Positions 1-8,717 of a DNA stretch of 38,076 bases are shown here, in pieces. The DNA lies in the NCBI GenBank assembly GCA_964640835.1, contig CAZXJE010000003.1, positions 1-38,076 on the forward strand, written 5' to 3'. Position 1 is the stretch's first letter. Every line of letters begins with the position of its first letter. This DNA comes from an uncultured Eubacteriales bacterium. Lineage in GTDB: Bacteria; Acidobacteriota; Aminicenantia; Aminicenantales; Aminicenantaceae. Under the pieces are notes generated by a model, which made no database searches, was not told where the DNA came from, and saw only the letters and a program-made list of their open reading frames with translations. The translations under genes and the position numbers were made by a program.

Positions 1-149
1 GCCCACGAAGCTGTAGTGAACTACCGCAAGTGGGCTACAACGAAGGCTTTGTAGTAAGATCGGCTCGCCCGTAGGGTAAAAGATGCTGACAATATAATAA
101 TGAGGTGTTTTTCTTAATAGAGTTGTCGGCAGCTTTTATGAATAATTCA
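1..149 (+). repeat. Copy A of a multi-copy structured intergenic element, with its 5' part cut off by the window edge (conserved core, variable hairpin, terminal 11-mer)
   Basis: The core aligns with the copies at 17376-17566 (revcomp), 23632-23880 and 28865-29161. nt 1-30 are identical to 38031-38060. A hairpin GCTGACAA (85-92) / TTGTCGGCAGC (123-133) is flanked by AAAAG and CTTTT. The copy ends with the palindrome TGAATAATTCA (139-149), 2 nt from the pepD stop. Confidence 0.85.
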
Positions 150-151
150 AT

Positions 152-1609
152 CTAAGCGAGTTCAGATAATACGGTCGTGAGAAAGGTCCAGAATTTTTCC
201 ACTGAACCGACGTGTACGCGTTCATCTGGAGAGTGAGGGTGTTCGATGGTGGGGCCAAAAGAGATCATATCCATACCGGGAAATTTCTCACCGATGATTC
301 CACATTCAAGACCGGCATGGACAGCAGCTACATGAGCTTCCTTATGGAATGTTTTTTTGTAGATGTCTTTCATGGTTTGGAGAAGGGGAGACTGCAGGTT
401 CGGTGTCCAGCCAGGATAACCTTCCTCCAGCACAACGTCTGCATTCACCAGAGAACTGATGGCAGATAGAGTGTCTCGTGTAGCCTGGATCGCTGATGCC
501 ACTGAGCTCCTGGTGCTGCATATGACCTCGGCGTTGTCCTCATGCGTATGGACGACCGCGAGGTTGGTGGATGTTTCCACCAGCCCTTCCATTTCGGGAT
601 GCATGGTGACCACACCGTGTGGGAGCGTAAAAAGCAGATCAATCAACTTGTTTTGAGAATCTTGTGTCAAGACTATCGTTGTGGGTTCATCAGATCTTTC
701 GATAGAGAAGGCTGCTTCTGTTTCGACAGCAGCATACTCTGCTTTGATCTTTTCGAAAGCCTTTTGGCTTGTGTCAGAAAAGCGATCTTTTTCAGATGGA
801 TCGAGGATAACCGAAGCCCATGCTTCTCGAGGAATGGCATTCCGCAGGTTGCCTCCTTCAATGGAACCCAGACGAAAGGGCACACCCGCTGAGGACACTT
901 GCCACAATATCCTAGCAAGCAATTTTATCGCATTCCCTCGTCCTTGATTGATATCGATGCCCGAGTGCCCTCCCCTAAACCCTGATAACTTGATTTTATA
1001 GACTTCACTGCTATCTGTTTTGTCTTTTTGAAGAGGAAGGGATATCTGGGTATCAGCTCCTCCGGCGCATCCTATAGTAAATTCGCCCTCATCTTCGCTG
1101 TCCAGATTGAGCAGTTTTTTTCCATTGAGGAAGCCAGCCTGGATCTTGGTGGCTCCAGTAAGCCCAGTTTCTTCATCAACCGTAAAAAGACATTCGATCG
1201 GCGGATGAACCAAGGTGTCGTCTTCCATAATAGCCAGGGCAGCACAAGCACCAACTCCGTTATCTGCTCCAAGAGTCGTTCCTTCCGCTTGGATCCATTC
1301 CCCTTCCATCTTTGCGTTGATTGGATCCTTGCTAAAATCATGGGATACATCCGAGTTTTTCTCACAGACCATATCCAGATGTCCTTGGAATATCACTCCC
1401 ACAGAATTCTCGTGTCCGGGTGATCCGGGTTTTGAGATGACCACATTGCCCACATCATCTCTTTTCCATTCAAGCCCCTTGCTTTCAGCGAACGCAATAA
1501 TGTAGTCTCCGAGGGCTTTTTCATTGCCCGAGCAGTGCGGGATTTTCAGGAACTCTGCAAAATGTTTCCAAAGATTGTTAGGTTCTATTGTTTCGAATGC
1601 GAATGCCAT
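152..1609 (-). CDS. pepD: Aminoacyl-histidine (Xaa-His) dipeptidase, M20 family
   Basis: 485-aa ORF with M20 metallopeptidase signatures (HCSGNE near the N-terminus, GHLDMV, GADNGVG, VDEETG, HSPDE near the C-terminus). Length is typical of PepD. Confidence 0.85.
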   Translation of the reverse strand: MAFAFETIEPNNLWKHFAEFLKIPHCSGNEKALGDYIIAFAESKGLEWKRDDVGNVVISKPGSPGHENSVGVIFQGHLDMVCEKNSDVSHDFSKDPINAKMEGEWIQAEGTTLGADNGVGACAALAIMEDDTLVHPPIECLFTVDEETGLTGATKIQAGFLNGKKLLNLDSEDEGEFTIGCAGGADTQISLPLQKDKTDSSEVYKIKLSGFRGGHSGIDINQGRGNAIKLLARILWQVSSAGVPFRLGSIEGGNLRNAIPREAWASVILDPSEKDRFSDTSQKAFEKIKAEYAAVETEAAFSIERSDEPTTIVLTQDSQNKLIDLLFTLPHGVVTMHPEMEGLVETSTNLAVVHTHEDNAEVICSTRSSVASAIQATRDTLSAISSLVNADVVLEEGYPGWTPNLQSPLLQTMKDIYKKTFHKEAHVAAVHAGLECGIIGEKFPGMDMISFGPTIEHPHSPDERVHVGSVEKFWTFLTTVLSELA

Positions 1610-1768
1610 TTTATTAATCCTCCAGATTAGATTAATTTACTCCGGTTATAATTATCAGAATCAAAATAATGACATAAAAGTCTTTCCGATTCAAGCATAT
1701 TTTCTCTTGCTTTGAATAATTCAGGTTAGTTGAGTTTTAAACATATTTGAATTAAAATCCACAGAAAC

Positions 1769-2929
1769 ATGAACGAGTCTCAACATATAAAAAAATTTGA
1801 AGAGATTTTTCGAGCAACTCCTGAAATCATATCATCGGCGCCCGGACGAATCAATATCATCGGAGAGCACACAGATTACAACCAAGGGTATGTCCTCCCT
1901 GCTGCCATCCACATGAACATTCAATTTTTAGCGTGTCGTAGAGATGATGATCGCGTTCATATTTGGGCTGAGGACTTCGGGGAGGAGAGTTCGTTTTACG
2001 CGAGAAATATACCAGCATTGAGGGAGCATCATTGGGACACTTACATCAAAGGAATTTTTTGGGTACTCGAGAAAAATGAATTTTCCCCTGGTGGCATAAA
2101 CGGCTTGGTTTGGGGTGATATCCCGATTGGATCAGGCTTGAGCTCCTCTGCGGCTCTTGAAGTGAGCGTGATCAATGGCCTGGATATGCTTTTTAAACTC
2201 GGGATCGCCCCCATGGAGAAGGCCAAACTGGCCCAACAAGCAGAAAATGATTTTGTGGGTGTGAAGTGTGGTCTGATGGACCAATTTATATCAGTTTTTG
2301 GGGAGGATAACACAGCTATCTTTTTGGATTGTCTTTCGTTCGATTTCGAGAATATTCCGCTCAAACTGCACAAGTATAACCTCGAATTCATGGTTTATGA
2401 CAGTCGTGTAAAAAGAGAACTTCCGCGATCAGAATACAATACGAGACGTTCAGAGTCAGCGGATGCAGAGCTCTACTTGCGTAGTTGCGGCCTTCCTGGA
2501 TATAGGGGTACAACTCTGGAGATGCTTAAGACACAAAAGGAGAAAATGGACTTGGTCCTTTACAAGCGTGCCCGACATGTTATCAGTGAAAATGAACGCG
2601 TTCTAAAGGCAAAACAGGCCCTGCGAAATGATGATTTTTCAACTTTGGGACAACTCCTCTTCCAATCTCATGTGAGTTTGAGGGATGATTACGAAGTCTC
2701 TTGTCCGGAACTCGATCTGCTCTATGAATTTGGCCTGGAGTTTTCTGGATGTCTGGGATCCCGTCTCACGGGAGCAGGATTTGGAGGATCAGGGATCGCA
2801 TTGGTGAAAAAAAAGGACGCAGATGTCTTCATAAGTGAAATCCTTGATTTAGCCCAGAAAAAAGGATACCGTAAGCCCAGAGTTTTTCCTGTTAAGATCG
2901 ATAAAGGAGCAATAACATCGATCCTATGA
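1769..2929 (+). CDS. galK: Galactokinase
   Basis: Galactokinase signature GRINIIGEHTDYNQGYVLP, GHMP kinase motif PIGSGLSSSAALEV, and C-terminal GAGFGGSGIALV. Confidence 0.9.
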   Translation: MNESQHIKKFEEIFRATPEIISSAPGRINIIGEHTDYNQGYVLPAAIHMNIQFLACRRDDDRVHIWAEDFGEESSFYARNIPALREHHWDTYIKGIFWVLEKNEFSPGGINGLVWGDIPIGSGLSSSAALEVSVINGLDMLFKLGIAPMEKAKLAQQAENDFVGVKCGLMDQFISVFGEDNTAIFLDCLSFDFENIPLKLHKYNLEFMVYDSRVKRELPRSEYNTRRSESADAELYLRSCGLPGYRGTTLEMLKTQKEKMDLVLYKRARHVISENERVLKAKQALRNDDFSTLGQLLFQSHVSLRDDYEVSCPELDLLYEFGLEFSGCLGSRLTGAGFGGSGIALVKKKDADVFISEILDLAQKKGYRKPRVFPVKIDKGAITSIL

Positions 2930-2986
2930 TGGAAGAGTTAAAATTAAAGATGAGAATAAAATCATTTTTAACGAAGAGGGAGGTCT

Positions 2987-3940
2987 ATGATCCGTAAGAT
3001 TCTTGTCTCCATCTTCCTGAGCATATGTACACTAGGATTTTGTTTGGGAGTTTGCAAAGATCAGACAAAGATCAGGGTCACAGCGAGCGTATTCCCGCTT
3101 ATGGAGTTCGCCCAGGCTGTATGCGGTGAGAGGGGGGAGGTGAGACTTCTTCTTCCTCCAGGAGCGGAAATACACACCTGGCGCCCGCGTCCGAGCGACA
3201 TGATAAAAATTTCAAAATCTGATGTGTTTATAAATATTGGTGTAGACCTCGAGCCATGGCTGGATGATGTTTTAAAGAGTGTCAACAATCCCAACTTACG
3301 TATCTTTAGAGCGAGTGATTTGGTTCTTCCTATGGAAAGAGTGGAACACCAACCGGAAATAGACCATGAAGAACAGCATGATGAACATGCTCACAAACAT
3401 ACTCACGGAACTCTCGATCCACATATTTGGCTTGATTTTGTCATCGATCAGAGGATCATCGACAACCTTGTTGAGCTGTTCTCCCGAATGGAACCGGAAA
3501 ATAGCGTGCTATTCGAGAGGAATGGCGCCGCATATAAACAAAAACTCGAAAAATACGATCGCAGGTTCAGAGAGGAACTCGGTCAGTGTAAAAACAGGAC
3601 CTTTATTCTGGGCGGACATGCCGCTTTTGGCTACTTGGCTCGAAGATATAGACTCCATCAGGTCTCCCTCTACGGAGTAAGCCCTGATTCCAGGCCAACT
3701 CCTAAACAGCTTGTCCGAGTCATAGAACTGGCAAAGGAGCATCAAATAAACGTGATATATTTTGAAGTTTACGTGAGCAATAATCTAGCAAAGGTGATCG
3801 CTGAAGAGGTGGGGGCAAAAACTCTTGTTCTCAATCCAGGGGCAAACCTGACCATTGAACAGACCAAAGCCCATATAACCTTTTTAGATATCATGAACCA
3901 AAATTTAGCGAGTTTGAAGAAGGGGCTTTCCTGTGACTGA
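2987..3940 (+). CDS. znuA: Zinc ABC transporter substrate-binding protein (TroA/ZnuA cluster 9)
   Basis: N-terminal signal peptide. His/Asp/Glu-rich loop HQPEIDHEEQHDEHAHKHTHG followed by DPHIW, typical of ZnuA. Strong SD GAGGGAGG upstream. First gene of the znuACB order. Confidence 0.8.
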   Translation: MIRKILVSIFLSICTLGFCLGVCKDQTKIRVTASVFPLMEFAQAVCGERGEVRLLLPPGAEIHTWRPRPSDMIKISKSDVFINIGVDLEPWLDDVLKSVNNPNLRIFRASDLVLPMERVEHQPEIDHEEQHDEHAHKHTHGTLDPHIWLDFVIDQRIIDNLVELFSRMEPENSVLFERNGAAYKQKLEKYDRRFREELGQCKNRTFILGGHAAFGYLARRYRLHQVSLYGVSPDSRPTPKQLVRVIELAKEHQINVIYFEVYVSNNLAKVIAEEVGAKTLVLNPGANLTIEQTKAHITFLDIMNQNLASLKKGLSCD

Positions 3941-4688
3941 TTCTGATATTTTGATTTCTATCGAAGGTATTTCTTTCAGCTATGGAGACACAAAAGTTTT
4001 GGATCATGTCACATTTCCCATTCGGTCCGGAGATTTTCTTTCGATCATCGGACCGAATGGATCGGGGAAGACAACTCTTATCAAGATCATTCTTGGCTTA
4101 TTAAATCCCTCTGAGGGCAAGATCCAGATCTTTGGGGAGAACGGTGCAGCATTTACTCGGTGGGAAAAACTGGGTTATGTCCCACAGAAGGCCACTCATG
4201 TGGATCCTTTTTTCCCAGTCTCTGTGAAGGAAGTCGTTGAAATGGGCCTCGTTTCCAGCCGGAAATTTTTTGGAAATCAGAAAAAGGATGATGAGGGGCA
4301 TATCCGAAGAGCCCTCAAACAAGTCGGAATGGAGGCGTATAAGGATTGGCGGATCGGGAAACTCTCAGGGGGCCAGCAACAAAGAGTGTTTATCGCCAGA
4401 GCGATCGTAAACCAACCGCACATTCTTTTTCTCGATGAACCGACCACTGGAGTGGATGCGGAAACACAGGAGCACTTCTACGATATGTTGGACGACTTGA
4501 ATACGAAGGAATCGATAACCATTGTTTTGATCACTCATGACATCGGTGTCGTGAATAAACATGTCGGTCAAGTCGCGTGTCTTCATCAGATCTTACAGTA
4601 TCATGGATCACATGAAGAATTTTGCCAATCGGAGATATTCAAGAAGATGATCACTGAAGGACATCATGTTATCTCTCATCGTCACTGA
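3933..4688 (+). CDS. znuC: Zinc ABC transporter ATP-binding protein
   Basis: Walker A GPNGSGKTT, ABC signature LSGGQQQRV, Walker B LFLDEPTTGVD. The GTG start overlaps the znuA stop. Confidence 0.85.
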   Translation: MTDSDILISIEGISFSYGDTKVLDHVTFPIRSGDFLSIIGPNGSGKTTLIKIILGLLNPSEGKIQIFGENGAAFTRWEKLGYVPQKATHVDPFFPVSVKEVVEMGLVSSRKFFGNQKKDDEGHIRRALKQVGMEAYKDWRIGKLSGGQQQRVFIARAIVNQPHILFLDEPTTGVDAETQEHFYDMLDDLNTKESITIVLITHDIGVVNKHVGQVACLHQILQYHGSHEEFCQSEIFKKMITEGHHVISHRH

Positions 4689-4694
4689 TAACGC

Positions 4695-5525
4695 TTGAAT
4701 CGAAATATGGATATTGTGACAGAATTTCTCAGATATGGTTTTCTCCAAAGGGCTTTTCTGGCCGGGATTTTTGTGGCGATTGCCTGCGCAGTCCTCGGTG
4801 TTTTTTTAATACTGAGGCGTGATTCTATGATCGGTCATGGCCTTGCCCATGTCACATTTGCAGGCATAGCGATAGGTCTGCTGCTCAATGTGATGCCTTT
4901 AGCCGTTGCGACAGGTGTAGCTGTGATAACAGCATTGGGGATCATGAAACTCAAGGAACAGGCAGGTCTTTATGGGGATACAGCCATCGCCATTTTTAGC
5001 AGTGTGGGTTTTGCTGTCGGGATCTTGATTGTGTCGGTGTCCCAAGGTTTTAACATCGACCTCTTCGGCTATTTATTCGGAGAGATATTGGCTATTGATG
5101 CTTTTGAGGTTAGCTTTTCGATCGGATTAGCCTTGAGCGTGGTGATCATCATCATCCTGAACTATCACAAGTTCATGTATATGACATTCGACCGTGAGTC
5201 CGCAAAAGTATCGGGCATTCGAGTTAGACGATTGGATGTGCTTCTCACTGTCCTCACTGCTGTCACTGTGGTCCTTGGGATGAAGATCGTTGGACTTTTG
5301 CTTGTGGCGGCTCTGCTGGTGATCCCAGCAGCTGCGGGTTTACAATTGGCCTCGAATTTCAAACAGGCGATTGTTCTGTCTTCCCTAGTATCCTTGGTGT
5401 CGGTTATCTTAGGATTGGTTATGGCATTTACTCTCGATCTCCCCGCCTCTGGAACTATTGTTTGCCTCTCATTTGTCTTTTTCCTCGTATTCTTTTTTGT
5501 AAAAAGAGAGAGACGATTTTTTTGA
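4695..5525 (+). CDS. znuB: Zinc/manganese ABC transporter permease (ABC-3 family)
   Basis: Polytopic hydrophobic 276-aa protein directly after znuC. The ORF opens with TTG at 4695 and the first ATG is at 4707, so the start is uncertain. Confidence 0.8.
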   Translation: MNRNMDIVTEFLRYGFLQRAFLAGIFVAIACAVLGVFLILRRDSMIGHGLAHVTFAGIAIGLLLNVMPLAVATGVAVITALGIMKLKEQAGLYGDTAIAIFSSVGFAVGILIVSVSQGFNIDLFGYLFGEILAIDAFEVSFSIGLALSVVIIIILNYHKFMYMTFDRESAKVSGIRVRRLDVLLTVLTAVTVVLGMKIVGLLLVAALLVIPAAAGLQLASNFKQAIVLSSLVSLVSVILGLVMAFTLDLPASGTIVCLSFVFFLVFFFVKRERRFF

Positions 5526-5570
5526 TCTCCTTTTTAGTTTTCTGTATCCTATGGACTATCCTTTCATGAT

Positions 5571-5596
5571 GCTTGGCTTAGCCAAGCTCTTTTAAA
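5571..5596 (+). terminator. Possible intrinsic terminator of the znu operon
   Basis: Hairpin GCTTGGC-TTA-GCCAAGC (5571-5587) followed by TCTTTTAAAA. It overlaps the 3' end of the convergent FTCD gene. Confidence 0.3.
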
Positions 5597-7248
5597 ACAA
5601 GATCTTTGATCTCGTTTCCAAGATTAACAGCATCTTCTTTTAAGGAATTGGCCCGATCACCTATATCTTTTTTAAATTTTTCATCCTGAATATCAGGAAG
5701 GTTTATCCTGACATTGTAAAAAGCACCCTCTGCTCCGGCCTGCGCTGTGAGACCTGCGACACCGGCATCATTGATCGAATTTTTATTTCCGCTCAGCACG
5801 ACTTCCTTGGCAAGGTTCAAAGCTTCCACACACTTTTCCAAGACTTCGAGTGGGACCAATGTTGCCTTCTTGGATGTTTCTTCGATCGCTGCAGCCCTGG
5901 CTTTCTTCTGCTCATCTGTTTTGTTCTTCATTCGCATGGCGGTCATCACGCTGTTGAAAGCTACAGTGTCCGCATCCACGTCATGTAGAAGCTGGTCTTT
6001 TAGTGCTTGACCATGGGTGGCCAAATCCTTGATTTTGATCTGTACATCTTCGTACTCTTTTTTCCCAACCGTGAGGTTGGAAACCATAGCTGATAGTGCA
6101 GCCGATAATGCACCACACAGAGCTGCCGTGCTCCCACCTCCTGGAGCAGGAGAATCCATAGAGAGTTCATTGGCGAACCCACGGAGATTCAGGTCCAGAA
6201 GCGAGTTTTCTACTTCTGTGAATTGGTATTCTATTATTTTCTTTTGCTTATCAAACAGCGCTACATCATTCAGTCCCAACGAGAGAACAGCTGTCCTGAT
6301 AAGTTCTTCCTCGGGTACTCCGGGGCTTTTTCCTTGTTTGTTAAGGTAGTATCGCCCGGCCATGAGCATGGCCTCTTTGGGGATTAAGCCTACAAGCTCA
6401 CTTCCAGTCACACGAAGACCTATTTGTTCAGCTTCCTTGATAGCCTCATCAAACACAAGATGAGGGGGAGAGATCTTGTAATTCGTGAAATTTATGGATA
6501 TTTGAGCGATCCCGTAATCTTCGACATACCATCCAACAGCCTTAACTTCATTGAATTTTCCCGGAACTTTTATGGACTTGCCGTTTTTATCTCTGATAAT
6601 CTTCCCGTCTTCATCTCTTTTGGCTCGTTCTCTCTCTCGAAGGTTGAATGCGATATGACGAGCTAGTGTGCGATCTTTTGTGTTGAGGTTGATGTTGTAT
6701 GCAATGAGAAATTCTCTAGCACCGATAGCAGTGGCTCCTGCTTTAGCGCTGAACACGGGCTCTCCATAATCCGGTGCCCACTCTGGATCCTTGAATTTAT
6801 CTTCTAGCCCCTCATACTGACCAACTCTAATGGTCGCCAAATTTTTTCGATCCGGCTTTTGGGCGGCCTCTTCATACAGATAGACTGGAATTCCCAACTC
6901 TCGTCCTACTCTTTCTCCCAACTCCCGAGCCAGTTGGATGCAATCTTCCATGGTAACTCCTGTCACGGGAACAAAGGGGCATACATCTGTTGCTCCGATC
7001 CTGCTGTGTGTTCCTGAATGTTTACTCATGTCTATAACTTCGGCTGCTTTTTTTATGGCCTTGAAAGCCGCTTCTTTAACAGCCTCGGGTATTCCGATGA
7101 ATGTCACTACGGTTCGATTCGTGGAATCCCCTGGATCCACATCGAGGAGCTTAATTTTGGGGGTTGCCTCAATCTCTTTTGTAATCGCGCTGATCTTTGT
7201 AAGGTCTCGTCCCTCGCTGAAATTAGGAACACACTCAACAAGCTTCAT
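5578..7248 (-). CDS. ftcD: Bifunctional glutamate formimidoyltransferase / formimidoyltetrahydrofolate cyclodeaminase
   Basis: N-terminal formiminotransferase domain (MKLVECVPNFSEGRD...) and C-terminal cyclodeaminase domain (PAPGGGSTAALCGALSAAL). 4-nt overlap with the upstream M16 gene. Confidence 0.85.
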   Translation of the reverse strand: MKLVECVPNFSEGRDLTKISAITKEIEATPKIKLLDVDPGDSTNRTVVTFIGIPEAVKEAAFKAIKKAAEVIDMSKHSGTHSRIGATDVCPFVPVTGVTMEDCIQLARELGERVGRELGIPVYLYEEAAQKPDRKNLATIRVGQYEGLEDKFKDPEWAPDYGEPVFSAKAGATAIGAREFLIAYNINLNTKDRTLARHIAFNLRERERAKRDEDGKIIRDKNGKSIKVPGKFNEVKAVGWYVEDYGIAQISINFTNYKISPPHLVFDEAIKEAEQIGLRVTGSELVGLIPKEAMLMAGRYYLNKQGKSPGVPEEELIRTAVLSLGLNDVALFDKQKKIIEYQFTEVENSLLDLNLRGFANELSMDSPAPGGGSTAALCGALSAALSAMVSNLTVGKKEYEDVQIKIKDLATHGQALKDQLLHDVDADTVAFNSVMTAMRMKNKTDEQKKARAAAIEETSKKATLVPLEVLEKCVEALNLAKEVVLSGNKNSINDAGVAGLTAQAGAEGAFYNVRINLPDIQDEKFKKDIGDRANSLKEDAVNLGNEIKDLVLKELG

Positions 7249-8717
7249 TCAGTCTCTCCTTTTCGGATGGTATATTGAAATTCTCCATTTGTATCATAGA
7301 CTTCCAGGTCGAATTCTTGTAAATAGGGAATCAGCTCTTGGATATTCCCCACGACGACCACAATTGGAGATTGGAACGAGGATCGACGAGCAATCTCATA
7401 GACATTTTCAGGGCTAATGAGCATCATGCTTTTATAGTATGAATTCCAATGAGACTCTTCTAATTCAAAAGCTTGAATTGCAGACAACCTGGAGGAATAA
7501 TACTCAAGGTCCTCGATCCGAAGCGGGAAATTTCCTATCAGGTACGATTTAGCCTGTTCTAGCTCATAATTCGGTACGACCTGGGTAGAAATTCTCCTGA
7601 TCTCATTCAGGCTCTCTGTGATGGATTCGAAAATTGCATTAGGCCTGACTCGTTCTTGAATGGTCAAGATACCACAGGCTTTGAAAAATTCAATGGTACT
7701 GAAAGCAAAGTAAGCATAACCTTTAGATTCCCTCAGGTTCATAAAAAGACGGCTATGGGGAGATCCCCCCAGGACTTGATTGAGAACTGTGATCGGGAAA
7801 TAGTCATCATGATTTCTCACAAGGATTGTATTCCCGATCGTGATCGTGGCATCTTCCTCTTCGGGAAGATCTACGATACAGAGTTTCAGAGTTTCATTAG
7901 GTTGTGGTGGTCTGACGACATCGCTTTCGATGTTCCTGTTTTCCCAAGTATTTAAATAGCGGCTGACTTTTCTTACCGCTGTCCTGAGAGTAAGATTGCC
8001 GATCAAGATCAATTTTGCATTGTTCGGTCTGTAATATTTCTCAAAAAAAGACAAGAGTTCATCTCGATTAAAATTTCTGGTGCCTGTTTCGTTGAAACCA
8101 ATATTTCTGTAAGGGTGTTCTTCGAATAGTATCCGGAGCAGAGTCCTCCGTCCGACAAAGGTCGGTGAGGATTTTCTTCCCAGTAGATCATAGTGCATGG
8201 TTCTGATGACATTACTAACTTCAATCCGAGGGAACGTCGGCTGGAGGATCATTTTACCAAAGGTTTCTAGCGCAGTGTCGAGATAATCTTCTAAAAAGGT
8301 AAAGGAAATGACAGAATAATCGGGGTGTGTTTCGGACGAAAATTTCCCCCCGATTGTTTCGATCGTCTCAGTGATGCGGGATGACGAAAGCCCGATGGCT
8401 CCTTTATTAACCATATTTGCAGTGAATGTGGCTAATCCTGGCAAAGTATCGGGTGAAAAACTTTCTCCTGCATAAACGATCAGATGCATGGAAATCACTT
8501 GTAGGTCTTGACGTCGGATTACGGATACTTCAAGTCCATTAGAAAGAGATGCTGATTCTATTTCGGGCAGAGTGAGTTCTGGAAGTGGATCTGGGAAAGG
8601 AGGATCTCGGCGGAATCTTTCTTGTGAAAAAAGAGATGTATTCCAAATGAACAACAATATCAGGAGAAGGAAACAAAGAGATGATGGATGACTTCGTATC
8701 CTCATAGTAATACTCAT
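7245..8717 (-). CDS. Secreted M16 (pitrilysin/insulinase) family protein, with the zinc motif absent
   Basis: Signal peptide MSITMRIRSHPSSLCFLLLILLFIWNTSLFSQ. M16 two-domain length. The position of HxxEH reads GLATFTANMVNKG (about nt 8415-8429). ATGA overlap with the upstream paralogue. Confidence 0.75.
   Translation of the reverse strand: MSITMRIRSHPSSLCFLLLILLFIWNTSLFSQERFRRDPPFPDPLPELTLPEIESASLSNGLEVSVIRRQDLQVISMHLIVYAGESFSPDTLPGLATFTANMVNKGAIGLSSSRITETIETIGGKFSSETHPDYSVISFTFLEDYLDTALETFGKMILQPTFPRIEVSNVIRTMHYDLLGRKSSPTFVGRRTLLRILFEEHPYRNIGFNETGTRNFNRDELLSFFEKYYRPNNAKLILIGNLTLRTAVRKVSRYLNTWENRNIESDVVRPPQPNETLKLCIVDLPEEEDATITIGNTILVRNHDDYFPITVLNQVLGGSPHSRLFMNLRESKGYAYFAFSTIEFFKACGILTIQERVRPNAIFESITESLNEIRRISTQVVPNYELEQAKSYLIGNFPLRIEDLEYYSSRLSAIQAFELEESHWNSYYKSMMLISPENVYEIARRSSFQSPIVVVVGNIQELIPYLQEFDLEVYDTNGEFQYTIRKGETE

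Noticed and set aside
212-1505. Numerous 60-160-aa ORFs antisense to or overlapping the large genes. The span given covers the examples inside pepD. Others include 11180-11644, 12876-13349, 24379-24933 and 27114-27767.
   Set aside because: These are shadow ORFs inside well-supported genes, with low-complexity or odd composition, no SD sequences and no recognisable domains.
2946-2969. Zur/Fur-type operator upstream of znuA (AAAGATGA-N8-TCATTTTT)
   Set aside because: It is an imperfect AT-rich inverted repeat in AT-rich DNA that does not match any Zur box I can recall. It cannot be supported without a regulon-wide motif search.
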